DNA of 26,013 nucleotides from Candidatus Sigynarchaeum calidifontis (GCA_030587475.2 JAUQYZ020000169.1:1-26013), one strand, 5' to 3'; counted from the first letter of the stretch, positions 7,936 through 17,666 are shown. Notes: generated by a model not told the origin, from the sequence alone. Numbers and translations: made by a program.

Positions 7936-8127
7936 ACGCGTGCTCGCCGCGGGCGGGTGATAGGGACTAGCAAGTCCTTCGGGAGCCCTTTCGCGAGGCG
8001 TGGTCGCCAAGACCGGTGTCCAGGAACCAAGAGAGACCCGCGTTCGCCATTCTATTAGTTCTTGGGGAAAAGGCGAATCCTTTTAACGTATCTCTAAATT
8101 CTCTAAATAGCCTCGCGGGGATATGCA

Positions 8128-8760
8128 TTGCTTACCAAGTCAACGAACAACGGTCAAACGCGTCTTGAAATAGAAAAACGACGAGAATTGCCTTTCTGGA
8201 AAACCATCACCGAGGCCATGGTTTGCTTGATTCTTGGAACTTTATTGTTTTTCATCGGCCTATACTGCTTTCCTCCCGTCTGGATGATGGGGATAGGCAT
8301 ACCGGTCGTGTTATTCTGGTGTTATGGCCTCTTTTGCATCAAGGTCTCGTTAGAACCGTTCAAGAAGACGTTCGTGATCGACGTGCATGCCACCACGCTT
8401 AGCTTGATCATGGCACGTTCCAGGCCCTTGCGTGCTCGCCGGCACACGTGGCTGTTCGCGGAACTCGAACAACTGTATTTCACGGAGGAACGGCGGGGGA
8501 TCCCGAGCGGTTTGAAATTGCGGGTCAAGGGACGGAGACAACCCATCGACGTGGAATCCTTGCGGGTTGGCGGTGCATCGAAAGGCGTGGACATGGTCAC
8601 GATCTACAAGGAATTCGCTTCCCTCGTTCCCGGCATCGGCGGCGCCAGCGATGGCATGCTGCGGGTTTACGAATCGTCGCTGGAACAATGGGACAAGGGC
8701 AACGTGCGACTGTCGGACATCGAGGTCCCGGATGCCACGGAGCAGGAAAAGAAACCGTGA
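8128..8760 (+). CDS. Hypothetical membrane protein (two N-terminal TM helices and a soluble beta-rich domain)
   Basis: Hydrophobic segments MVCLILGTLLFFIGLYCF and MGIGIPVVLFWCYGLFCI; TTG start uncertain. Confidence 0.7.
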   Translation: MLTKSTNNGQTRLEIEKRRELPFWKTITEAMVCLILGTLLFFIGLYCFPPVWMMGIGIPVVLFWCYGLFCIKVSLEPFKKTFVIDVHATTLSLIMARSRPLRARRHTWLFAELEQLYFTEERRGIPSGLKLRVKGRRQPIDVESLRVGGASKGVDMVTIYKEFASLVPGIGGASDGMLRVYESSLEQWDKGNVRLSDIEVPDATEQEKKP

Positions 8761-8899
8761 GATCGTCGACCGTGTAGGTCGCATCGGGACTCGGTCTTGA
8801 AATTCCGAGGCCCGCACGATATCTCCGCGAACTCCATTTTCCTGATCGGCGACGGGCTAGTAGAATCGAACAGCTTCTACAATGCAATCAAGCATTTTA

Positions 8900-10180
8900 T
8901 TACTGATCGGGAGCGATGCCCATCTCTTTCATGTGGGCCTGGAAGAAATTGTTGCGGTAATTGATGACGACAGGCTGCAGGAGAAACATGGCATCGAGTT
9001 GCTCTAGCGCGGCTTGCGGCTCGCAACATGCCTTCCCCTCCCTCACCAGCGTGGAGGGCGTGGTTTGACCGGCCACGATGCGTGCAAGGTCGTTCCGCGT
9101 CAGCGCGAACACGGCGCCCCGGTTTCCCTTCGTCGAACCCCCCTCGTGGATGACAAGATGACCGCTAGCACGGGATAATGTCACGCGCTCGCCGTCCACG
9201 TCGATTATAACATCATTCGCAAACCCAAGTTTTTCATCATGCAAGAAATCGGCGAGCGCATCATCGAGTTGGCCGCGAATCGCCTCGAAAAACTCCTTGA
9301 CCATGTTGATCCGGACCATGTCCACGTTGCCACCGATCTTGTTCTCGGTTCCACCGAACTCCTTCATGGCTGCCGCGAGCCCGGGTACGACGTGGAACCC
9401 TGCAGAAACCGCTTCAAATTCGTCGTCGAACGCGAGTAGCTCTTTAAAGACGCTCGCGACGAGCCCGGGTTCGTACTCGTCCAACGCGAGTTCTTGGATA
9501 GAAATGCGCAAGCTCTCCCCATTCTTGACGCTCGCGTCCCGGTTACCGAGCACGTAGCCGACAAGCCGGTCGTCACGCCAGATCTCGTTGAAAAAATCGA
9601 CCAGGCTACCCTGGCAAGCCTTTTCGACGAGCTGCTTCATGTATCCTTCGTTGGTGTAAACGAAAAACCAGCACTTGTTAGCCATGCGCTCTCGCAAGGC
9701 CACGTAACTGGCGAGCCGGTCGATAGATCCGTCGCGGAGCTCGATGCCAACCGGCGCCTTCGAAGCGCGTGTCTCGACCGCTGCACGGGAAACCGAGATC
9801 TCCACGCGCTCGCGGATGACTTCCCAGCCCTTCGACGCGTAGAAACGCGGCACGGGGGTCTCGAGAAACGAGAGCACCAGTCGTTCCGATCGCATGATCT
9901 CGACCGCCTTGTCCAGCATGGCGTGCCCGATGCCTCGTTTCTGGTAGGCCGGGTCGGTGCCGACCATGTGCAAGACCCCGGCTCGCAGGATCGAACCGCC
10001 CACGTGGAAGAGCATGGGCCGGATGGACGTGTGCCCCGCGACCTTGCCATCGAGTTCTGCGATCACGACGAACCTGGATGGCGGTAGTGGATAGGCATTT
10101 GCGCCAGGGTTCTTGAAACTCTTCTGGATGACCTCGTTCATGGCTTGCTCGTCGCGAGGCTGGAAGGTGCGCACTAGCAC
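8900..10180 (-). CDS. Eis-like GNAT acetyltransferase with a C-terminal SCP2-like domain
   Basis: VGTDPAYQKRGIGHAML acetyl-CoA motif A and FYASKGW; length and the C-terminal LARIVAGQTTPSTLVREG segment fit the Eis architecture. Confidence 0.85.
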   Translation of the reverse strand: MLVRTFQPRDEQAMNEVIQKSFKNPGANAYPLPPSRFVVIAELDGKVAGHTSIRPMLFHVGGSILRAGVLHMVGTDPAYQKRGIGHAMLDKAVEIMRSERLVLSFLETPVPRFYASKGWEVIRERVEISVSRAAVETRASKAPVGIELRDGSIDRLASYVALRERMANKCWFFVYTNEGYMKQLVEKACQGSLVDFFNEIWRDDRLVGYVLGNRDASVKNGESLRISIQELALDEYEPGLVASVFKELLAFDDEFEAVSAGFHVVPGLAAAMKEFGGTENKIGGNVDMVRINMVKEFFEAIRGQLDDALADFLHDEKLGFANDVIIDVDGERVTLSRASGHLVIHEGGSTKGNRGAVFALTRNDLARIVAGQTTPSTLVREGKACCEPQAALEQLDAMFLLQPVVINYRNNFFQAHMKEMGIAPDQ

Positions 10181-10271
10181 AATATTATTTATGTGCCGTC
10201 GTTAAATAGTTGGTATCGGGTCAAGGTCGTGCACCAAGCAATCTTTTTTCACAGCTATTAGGCGGATCATC

Positions 10272-11225
10272 ATGGATGATATCATCGAGATCATGGACCT
10301 AATGAAGGTTTTCTCTTCGAAAAAGCGCCACGTCGTCGCGCTCAACAAGATCAACTTGCGACTGAAGCGGGGCACGATTTTCAGCTTTTTAGGACCGAAC
10401 GGCGCGGGCAAGACGACCACCGTCCGGTTACTTTCGTGCTTGCTCAAGCCAACGGCAGGCGAGGCTTACGTGTTCGGCAAGAACGTGCTCGACGATCCCG
10501 TCGGCATCCGTTCGCGGATCGGTGTCTTGACCGAGAACCACGGGATGTACGAGCGCATGACCGTCAAGGAAAACCTGGAGTTCTTCTCGTCGTTCTACGG
10601 CATCGACAAGGCGACCCTCATGCACCGCTTGGATGACTTGCTCGCCGCGTTCAATCTCACCGAACGGCTTGACGACAAGGTCGGGGCACTGAGCAAGGGG
10701 CTCAAGCAGCGGGCGGCGCTCATCAAGACCCTCGTGCACGACCCCGAGCTGGTTTTCCTTGACGAGCCGACGTCTGGCCTTGACCCGAAAGTTTCGGCCG
10801 AGTTCCGCGATTACATCCGGCTGCTCGGCAAGGAATACCACAAGACGATCTTCATGTGCACGCACAACCTCGTTGAAGCGCAGAAGCTGAGCGACCTGGT
10901 CGCCATCATCGACAAGGGCGCGATCAAGAAGATCGGCCCGCCGGCCGAGCTGGAGAAACAACTGTTCGAATCGGTGACGTTCAAGGTCGTATCCGCCAGG
11001 CCGATACCCGCGGATGTCGCCCTCAGCATCGGCGATAGCGAGGGGGTCAAGGTTTCAATGGTAGGGCCGAAAGAGCTAACCATCTTCCTTTCCAAGCCAG
11101 AGGAGGAGGAAATGCCCCGCATCGTGCGGAAACTCGTCCAACTCGACGTGCCCGTCGTTGAAGTCGCGAAAAAATCACACTCGCTGGAAGACGTGTACTT
11201 GAAACTCATGGGAGGTGAAAGCTGA
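10272..11225 (+). CDS. ABC-2 type exporter ATP-binding subunit
   Basis: Walker A GPNGAGKT, signature LSKGLKQR, Walker B VFLDEPTSGLD, H-loop THN. Confidence 0.95.
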   Translation: MDDIIEIMDLMKVFSSKKRHVVALNKINLRLKRGTIFSFLGPNGAGKTTTVRLLSCLLKPTAGEAYVFGKNVLDDPVGIRSRIGVLTENHGMYERMTVKENLEFFSSFYGIDKATLMHRLDDLLAAFNLTERLDDKVGALSKGLKQRAALIKTLVHDPELVFLDEPTSGLDPKVSAEFRDYIRLLGKEYHKTIFMCTHNLVEAQKLSDLVAIIDKGAIKKIGPPAELEKQLFESVTFKVVSARPIPADVALSIGDSEGVKVSMVGPKELTIFLSKPEEEEMPRIVRKLVQLDVPVVEVAKKSHSLEDVYLKLMGGES

Positions 11226-11975
11226 ATGCTCCGTATAAGCCTTTTGCTCAAAATTGCCAAGAAAGACTGGCATGAAATCAAGTCAAACAAGCAGATTCTC
11301 GTGCCGATGCTCGTGCTGCCTATTCTCGTGACGGTGGTCTACCCGCTCCTCATGGTCGCTGGCCCGCTCTCCGACCCCGCGAGCCTGCAAGATTATGGTG
11401 GGGTCATCGGCCTGCTCGACATGATGGTCGGCAATGTCATCCGGCCCATGTTCGTCATGATTCCCCTCCTCATCACGATGGCAATTGCAAGTGATGCGTG
11501 GGCCGGGGAAAAGGAACGTAGAACCGCCGAATCGCTGTTTTTGCTGCCGTTGTCCGACACGGAGCTCTTCGTGGCGAAAGTGCTCGCCAGCTTCATTCCC
11601 GGCATGCTCATCACGTGGGGGTGCTGGGTTGCCCTCACGGTCTTGATCGACTCCATCGTGTTTCCCTATCTTGGTTTCCTATACATGCCGGACCTCACCT
11701 GGATCTTCATGGTGTTCGTTTTTTCGCCTATCCTGGCATTTTTCTCGATTTTCGTGAATGTCTGGGTGTCTTATCGTGCGAAGGACACGAAATCGGCCCA
11801 ACAGATAGGTGGCTCCGTCGTCACGATCTTTTTCGGCGTGCTCATCGGCGGTATTTTTGGCGTGCTCCAGATCATCCTGATCTTGCTTACGATCGTGTTC
11901 GGGGCCTTGGACCTGGTTCTCATTCGCTTGTCTCCCCGGATCTTCTCACGCGAGGCGATGATCGCGAAGTTTTGA
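11226..11975 (+). CDS. ABC-2 type exporter permease
   Basis: About six TM helices and the AGEKERRTAESLFLLP motif; abuts the ATPase gene with SD GGAGGTGA. Confidence 0.92.
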   Translation: MLRISLLLKIAKKDWHEIKSNKQILVPMLVLPILVTVVYPLLMVAGPLSDPASLQDYGGVIGLLDMMVGNVIRPMFVMIPLLITMAIASDAWAGEKERRTAESLFLLPLSDTELFVAKVLASFIPGMLITWGCWVALTVLIDSIVFPYLGFLYMPDLTWIFMVFVFSPILAFFSIFVNVWVSYRAKDTKSAQQIGGSVVTIFFGVLIGGIFGVLQIILILLTIVFGALDLVLIRLSPRIFSREAMIAKF

Positions 11976-12014
11976 AAAGAAAAAATGCATTTATTTCCAA
12001 GCTTCAACGGCATT

Positions 12015-13418
12015 TCAGTTGCTTTTTTCCTTTTTTTCGGTAACCGGCTGCGAGAACACGCGCTGCGTCTCGCCTTGACCCACGTCGAAGCCATTCGGAG
12101 GTTCCGCGGCCAGGATCTCGCCCCGGAGGTTCGTTTCCATCATCGCCTTGATCTTGGCGGGGTCCTTCTCGTGGCCGAGCACCCACATGAGTTTCACGAC
12201 GGCGGTCTCTGGCAGCATGCTCTTGCCATCGATGATGCCCAGCGCTAGTTCCTCGCGGCCGGTCTCGTACACGTTCATGCCCGTGAAACCCCACAATGTT
12301 TGCACGACCATTACGACCGATACGCCATTGTCGATGATTTTCTTGATTGCAGGGAAGGTGGCATGGGGAACGTGCCCGAGCCCCGTGCCCGCGATGATAA
12401 GACCCTTGTATCCAGCATCGCCGAAGAACTCGAACACCCTCGGGTCGATACCGGGGTATGTATAGACCAGGCCAACCCGCTCGTCGATCTTGATATCGGC
12501 TTGCGTTACCTTGTCCTCGCCGCGCTTCTTGTAGTCTTTCTGGAATATTTCAATGGTGCTGCCATCGACCTTGCCGAACGGTGTCGTCTTGATCGTCCGG
12601 AACGTGTGTCGCACCGAGCTGTGCATCTTGCGGACGAGCACGCCCTTGTGGAGATACGCGAAGGTATGGTTCTGCGTGCCCATCATGCAAACGACCACGT
12701 CGGCGAAATCGCCCCTCGCCGCGGCGGTCGTGGCGTGGATGAGGTTCATGGCCGCATCGCTCGATGGCCGGTCGGAAGACCGCTGGCTACCCACGATCAC
12801 GACGGGGATGGACAGTTTCGGCAGCATGAATGACAGCGCGGCCGCGGAATAGCTCATCGTGTCGGTACCGTGGCCGATCACGACCCCGTCCTTCCCTTTC
12901 TTCGCGGCGTCCTCGACCGCCTTGGCAAGCTCTTGCCAGTGCTTCGGGGTCGCATCCTCGGAGAAAATCCGGTACTTGACCACGGTCTCGACGTTCGAGA
13001 TGTCGGCCAGCTCGGGCACCGCGGTGAACAGCTCGCCCGGCGAAAACGCTGGAATGACCCCGCCGGTCGCGTAATCCAGCCGCGATGCGAGCGTGCCACC
13101 CGTGCCGATGAGCGTGATGCTCGGTTTCTTCGGATCCGGCACGAGTATTTTCTCCGGCAGCTGGTATGCACCTTTCTGGTGATCGAGAACCTTGAATTCG
13201 GTGTTGGCGTCGACACGTATGCCGACGTTGTAGCCGTTCTTGAGCTTCAAGTCGATGAGGCCAGGGGCGTCGAACTTGTTGCGGGGCAATAGGATGCCCT
13301 CGAAACTCTTGTCGCCCGCCTTGACAGCGAGCTTGTCCCACGTCTTGATGCCCTTGGCCTTGAGGATTGCAAACACGTCGCCCGTGTACCCTTCCAGTTC
13401 GTTTGTCTCGTTGCTCAT
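12015..13418 (-). CDS. gatD: Glu-tRNA(Gln) amidotransferase subunit D
   Basis: N-terminal LKLKNGYNVGI domain and asparaginase motifs GTGGTLAS, HGTDT, GSQRSSDRPSSD and RKMHSS. Confidence 0.97.
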   Translation of the reverse strand: MSNETNELEGYTGDVFAILKAKGIKTWDKLAVKAGDKSFEGILLPRNKFDAPGLIDLKLKNGYNVGIRVDANTEFKVLDHQKGAYQLPEKILVPDPKKPSITLIGTGGTLASRLDYATGGVIPAFSPGELFTAVPELADISNVETVVKYRIFSEDATPKHWQELAKAVEDAAKKGKDGVVIGHGTDTMSYSAAALSFMLPKLSIPVVIVGSQRSSDRPSSDAAMNLIHATTAAARGDFADVVVCMMGTQNHTFAYLHKGVLVRKMHSSVRHTFRTIKTTPFGKVDGSTIEIFQKDYKKRGEDKVTQADIKIDERVGLVYTYPGIDPRVFEFFGDAGYKGLIIAGTGLGHVPHATFPAIKKIIDNGVSVVMVVQTLWGFTGMNVYETGREELALGIIDGKSMLPETAVVKLMWVLGHEKDPAKIKAMMETNLRGEILAAEPPNGFDVGQGETQRVFSQPVTEKKEKSN

Positions 13419-13428
13419 GGTGCTCGCC

Positions 13429-15354
13429 TTATTTCTTCACTCGCTTGTTGATCTCCTTCCGGAGCTCGTCAGACACGATCTTGCCATCGATCTTGCCGCG
13501 CGCGTCCTTCATGACATCGCCCATGTAAGCCTGGAACGCCCGATCGCCCTTCTCGACGATGATGTTTGGATTCGCGTCGATCACCTTGCAGATGATGGCT
13601 CGCAGCTGGTCGATCGTCATGGCCGAGATGTTGAGGCCCTTGGCCGCCTTGGCGACCGTGAGGGAGGGATCCTTGCAGATCTCGCGCAGCACGCCGTCGA
13701 TCGCCTCCTTGCTGATCTCGTTCTTCGACAGCGCCTTGAACAGGTCGAGGAAATGCTTGTCCGTGATGTTCTCCGTGTCGAGGTTATCCCGGCCGATCGC
13801 GGTGAGCGTGTCGAGAAAGGTCGTGAGCACGATGGACGGGTTCACCTTGAACTTGTCAACGATCTCGTTGAAAAGGACGAGGAAGCCATCGAGGATCAAC
13901 TGTTCAACGCGATTGGGATCGAGCCCGTGTTTCTTGCTCATGGCATCGATCACGTCCCAGGGTTTTGGCGGGATCTTGATGGCCTCCACGTGCGCTGGAT
14001 CGAGGAGAATGGATCTGGTGTCGGTATCCGGGTAAAGGCGGGAGCCGCCATGGAGAGCACGCAAGAAATCGGTATTGCCGTTCTCCAGGGCGCGCCGCGT
14101 CTCCTTGGGGACGCCATCCAGCGCGAGTTCGATGCGTTCCTTGATGACGGGGAAAGCTCGCTTGAGCTTGGCCTCGGGACCAAGGACGATGATGAACGCG
14201 TCGTCGGGACCGACGCAGAGTTTTTTCTTGATCGCAGCGATCTCGTCGGCGGAAAAGCCATACTTGTCCAGTTTTTCATCGGAATGGATGATACCGCTCA
14301 AGGCGACGAGGGTCTTGACCCGGTCGCTGATCTCGGTGCCGAAGCGGCGATCGGGTTGCAGTTCAATGCCCAGCAAGCCGGCCATGGCCGGCACCTTGAT
14401 GCCGTGAACCTTGTCACCTCTCTTGAGTCCCGAAGCGATGAATTTCACCGCGGTCTTGGAGAGCTCCGCGGACACGTCGGTACCCTCGATCGCTATCGAA
14501 TCTATCACGGCTTTCGTTATCTTCCTCTTTACCATCGCTTTCTTGAGCTCGACGAGCCTCGTTTGCCTCAAAACCTCGCGATCGATGAGCAGCGGGATCC
14601 AATCGAGTTTTTGCACGCCCTTAATCTCGGTGCGCTCGCCCTCCTTGATGCTCACGTTGAGGTCTTGCCTGATGACGCCCAGGCCGCGCCGAACCTTGCC
14701 GGTCGACCGGAGCAGCAGGCCGAGCCGCGCGGCCGCTTCTTTAGCCTCCCCGGGGTCGTTGATGTCGGGGGCCGTGGCGATCTCGACGAGGGGAATGCCG
14801 AGGCGATCGAGCCTGAACGTGATGGTGCCCGGGCCCTCGGTAATCCGTCTCGCCGAATCTTCTTCCAAGCAAAGTATCTCTATGCCTATCTTCTTGCCAT
14901 TGGCGAGCGTGTAATGGCCATCCTTCCCCACGATCATGGTTCGCTGAAAACCACCCGGCACGGAGCCGTCGACGTAATTTTTCCGGCAGACCTTTAACTC
15001 GTCGACGATCGTCATGTTGAGGACCTTGGCCAGTTCTATGGAGATGTCGATCGCTTCCGGGTCACATTCGAACGGCGGCGTGTCATCGAGCTCGTAGGTG
15101 CAGTTTATATCGTTGTATCCCTCGTAGATGACCTTGGTCTTTTTTTCAAATTCCAGGAGCATGGCCTCGTCGAACACGCCCATCTCCCCGAGAACCGGGC
15201 GAAAATTTCGCATTATCGTGAAATCCGGCTCCCTTGTGGTCATTTCCACGGGACAACGACAGAATAATTTCCGCTTGGTCTTTAATTGCTGGTGTATTTC
15301 GATGCCAGCCTTTAGGCCAAGCGCCGCGTAGTCAAGTTTGTCTTTCGTGCTCAT
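13429..15354 (-). CDS. gatE: Glu-tRNA(Gln) amidotransferase subunit E
   Basis: DYAALGLKAGIEIHQQL, KLFC, DGSVPGGFQRT, LEEDSAR, RRGLGVIRQD, EIKGVQ and RLYPDTD; start set at MSTKD. Confidence 0.97.
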   Translation of the reverse strand: MSTKDKLDYAALGLKAGIEIHQQLKTKRKLFCRCPVEMTTREPDFTIMRNFRPVLGEMGVFDEAMLLEFEKKTKVIYEGYNDINCTYELDDTPPFECDPEAIDISIELAKVLNMTIVDELKVCRKNYVDGSVPGGFQRTMIVGKDGHYTLANGKKIGIEILCLEEDSARRITEGPGTITFRLDRLGIPLVEIATAPDINDPGEAKEAAARLGLLLRSTGKVRRGLGVIRQDLNVSIKEGERTEIKGVQKLDWIPLLIDREVLRQTRLVELKKAMVKRKITKAVIDSIAIEGTDVSAELSKTAVKFIASGLKRGDKVHGIKVPAMAGLLGIELQPDRRFGTEISDRVKTLVALSGIIHSDEKLDKYGFSADEIAAIKKKLCVGPDDAFIIVLGPEAKLKRAFPVIKERIELALDGVPKETRRALENGNTDFLRALHGGSRLYPDTDTRSILLDPAHVEAIKIPPKPWDVIDAMSKKHGLDPNRVEQLILDGFLVLFNEIVDKFKVNPSIVLTTFLDTLTAIGRDNLDTENITDKHFLDLFKALSKNEISKEAIDGVLREICKDPSLTVAKAAKGLNISAMTIDQLRAIICKVIDANPNIIVEKGDRAFQAYMGDVMKDARGKIDGKIVSDELRKEINKRVKK

Positions 15355-15402
15355 CGCGACCACGATTCTTCTAAGGCTCAAGGGTTCTCTTTCTGAGCCA
15401 CC

Positions 15403-16521
15403 ATGAATGATTCAAATAACCGGTTGTCCAATATTAAAAATAGCACGGTTTCATTTGACTTAAAGACAAATGGAGCCGCCGGGGGTTCCGCAAAAAACGA
15501 ATCATATTTGCCGTCCTGGTTGAATAAAATGTTTAAATCCATCGATGAAACGAAATCCAATGACATTTTACCTTCAAAAAAGATCATTTTCACTGGTCTT
15601 GATAACGGTGGAAAATCAAGCATTATCCTTGCACTGCAGCGCACGCTCGCGAATCTGGCAACCCTTGCACCTACCAAAATGGTTGATCGCATGGTTTTCG
15701 ATTATCTCGGTTACAAGATAACGAATCATGATCTTGGGGGGCAAAAGAAGTACCTCATCACCTACCTCAAGCAACCTGGAAAGTATTTCATCGACGCATC
15801 GGTCGTCATCTACGTCATCGACATCCAGGACACGAGTCGCCAGGAGGAATCCCTCTCGTATTTCAAGGACGTTCTTGCCGAGTTGGTGGCTCTCCAGATA
15901 AAGCCTTTGATCTTCGTCTTGTTCCATAAAGCCGAAAAGATCCTGTTACAAGGCGACCCGGAGACGGAGAAGGAGCTCGAAGGATCGGGTATGCAGCGCG
16001 TTAAGCAGCTGGAAAAGACCATCATGGAAATCAACGCTGGTCGCTTCAAGATCGACTTCAAGATCACGACCATCTTCGACTTGTGGAGCATCATGTCCGC
16101 ATTTTCAGACATCATGCTCAGCATTTTTCCCCAAAGCGTTCTGCTCGACAAAACCCTGGGAGAATATGCCTCAGCTAACCAGCTCGATGCCTTGCTCCTC
16201 CTCGATTCGAACTCGTTGCACCTCGGCGCCTATTACCGGAACAAGGACTCGCAAGACATCGTCCGCTCGTCGACCCCTTACTTCCTCACGCTGCTCGACT
16301 CGTGGAAACCTTTCAAGATCGGCTCGCAGCGCAAGCAGATGAAGGTCACGTTGAACGAATACACGTTTTACTTCAAGGAGATCCGGCAACCAATCCCATC
16401 TGCGAAGGACAAGGACGCGTACATTTCTTTCTATTTCCTTGCCATGACGACGAATTCAAAGTTCGATGTCGACCGCCTAGAGGATTTCTCGAAGATGATC
16501 CTCGGCATCTTGAAAATGTGA
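15403..16521 (+). CDS. Rag/Gtr-like small GTPase with a C-terminal roadblock/longin-like domain (eukaryotic signature protein)
   Basis: G1 GLDNGGKS, G2 APT, G3 DLGGQ, G4 FHKAE and G5 TTIFD, plus a C-terminal alpha/beta extension of about 130 aa containing LLLLDSNSLHLG. Confidence 0.85.
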   Translation: MNDSNNRLSNIKNSTVSFDLKTNGAAGGSAKNESYLPSWLNKMFKSIDETKSNDILPSKKIIFTGLDNGGKSSIILALQRTLANLATLAPTKMVDRMVFDYLGYKITNHDLGGQKKYLITYLKQPGKYFIDASVVIYVIDIQDTSRQEESLSYFKDVLAELVALQIKPLIFVLFHKAEKILLQGDPETEKELEGSGMQRVKQLEKTIMEINAGRFKIDFKITTIFDLWSIMSAFSDIMLSIFPQSVLLDKTLGEYASANQLDALLLLDSNSLHLGAYYRNKDSQDIVRSSTPYFLTLLDSWKPFKIGSQRKQMKVTLNEYTFYFKEIRQPIPSAKDKDAYISFYFLAMTTNSKFDVDRLEDFSKMILGILKM

Positions 16522-17660
16522 TCCCGGCTCGGCACATGATACCCCGCCATCTCGATTTCTTCGAGCACTTCATCCCGGCGCACACGGTCGATTTCACCGC
16601 CGGCAACGAGGTCAAGGCGCGTGAAGACATCACTTCACGATTTCTCGCCACTTACCCGATAGCTGACATCGGGTTCGAGTTCGTGGTCTTTCCCAGGAAA
16701 CTCGGGCCCCGGGACATCAACACGCAAGTCCAAAATTTCCACGATATGCGTGGCCGGCTCGAGGCAAAACATCGCGTCAAGGTGCACGCGTCGATGCACT
16801 TCCCGACCGAGAACAACAACACGGGGCTGTTCCTGGGTGCTCAAGATGCGGGGACAAGGATCAAGGTGCTTGATTTGTTCGATCGCTGCGTCGAGCTCGC
16901 GATGGCAGCTGGCATCCAGACCATCGTGATCCATTCAGGTGCAAACATCAATCATGCAACGTGGGCGCGTATCAAGGATGATTACAACGCGAAACGGCTG
17001 CAGCTTCGCGTGATCGCCGAGCGATTGCGGGAAATGCTCGACAAATGCGCGGAGAGAGGGTACAAGGGCGCTCTCGCTTGGGAAAACGTGCCGTGGCCGT
17101 TCGACATCCCGGATGCGCTTTCCTACACGAACATCGTCGCGGGGGATTTCAAGGCCGTGCTCTCCGATCTTGACAAGATGGGCATCCCGAACGTCGACCA
17201 GCTCGGCATCTGCGTCGACCTGTGCCACTCGTGGATTGTCGAGCGCGTGGCGGGCGTGTACGCACGTGGCGAGTTGCATCCTGACCGGGCCCGCGTGCCT
17301 CCAGGCATTTTTCCCGAGGAGGAGCAAGATTTCTTAAACCTCGCCGACATGAATGCTTTCATCGCGCCATTCGCCAGCAGAATCTATCATGTCCACCTCG
17401 CTGATTCCGCTGGCGATTTCATACCCGCTGCAGACGGGGTCACTTGCAAGCGCCAGCCAAGCGAGGGGGCGGAGCTTGGCACGGGCGATTTCTCCCGGTC
17501 GCCCGCGTTCTCGAGTGTCCTGGGCAAGATCGCTGCCGGGCTGCGGCCTGGCAAGAAGGTCATCTGCACGCTCGAGGTCAAGGATACCGATTTTTCACGG
17601 CCCGACAAGGCATACCGCAGCCTGCTCTTCCTCGGCAAGTCGTTCTTCCACGAGCGGTAG
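16518..17660 (+). CDS. Xylose isomerase/AP endonuclease 2-like metal-dependent TIM barrel protein
   Basis: SMH, IVIHSG, WENVP, CVDLCH, HVHLAD and TLEV motifs. Start is GTG 16518 overlapping the upstream stop, or ATG 16536. Confidence 0.8.
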   Translation: MIPARHMIPRHLDFFEHFIPAHTVDFTAGNEVKAREDITSRFLATYPIADIGFEFVVFPRKLGPRDINTQVQNFHDMRGRLEAKHRVKVHASMHFPTENNNTGLFLGAQDAGTRIKVLDLFDRCVELAMAAGIQTIVIHSGANINHATWARIKDDYNAKRLQLRVIAERLREMLDKCAERGYKGALAWENVPWPFDIPDALSYTNIVAGDFKAVLSDLDKMGIPNVDQLGICVDLCHSWIVERVAGVYARGELHPDRARVPPGIFPEEEQDFLNLADMNAFIAPFASRIYHVHLADSAGDFIPAADGVTCKRQPSEGAELGTGDFSRSPAFSSVLGKIAAGLRPGKKVICTLEVKDTDFSRPDKAYRSLLFLGKSFFHER

Positions 17661-17666
17661 ATGCGC

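Noticed and set aside
7957-7997. Second SECIS-like linear pattern GUGA-N11-AA...GA
   Set aside because: The helix register puts the GA about 4 nt out of place, a competing simple hairpin forms, and there is no upstream in-frame UGA.
8031-8080. Fluoride riboswitch or HDV-like ribozyme, suggested by GTTCGCCAT and GGCGAAT
   Set aside because: The required 5' GGCGAUGG segment and the nested pseudoknot pairings are not present.
13240-14997. 585-aa plus-strand ORF, and similar ones such as 18393-19559 and 20451-21179
   Set aside because: Antisense shadows of gatE, idsA/pelota and rplP0 caused by high-GC codon bias; no recognisable motifs.
16302-16517. N-terminal extension of the TIM-barrel ORF
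   Set aside because: Overlaps the GTPase coding region; the start at 16518 or 16536 is more plausible.
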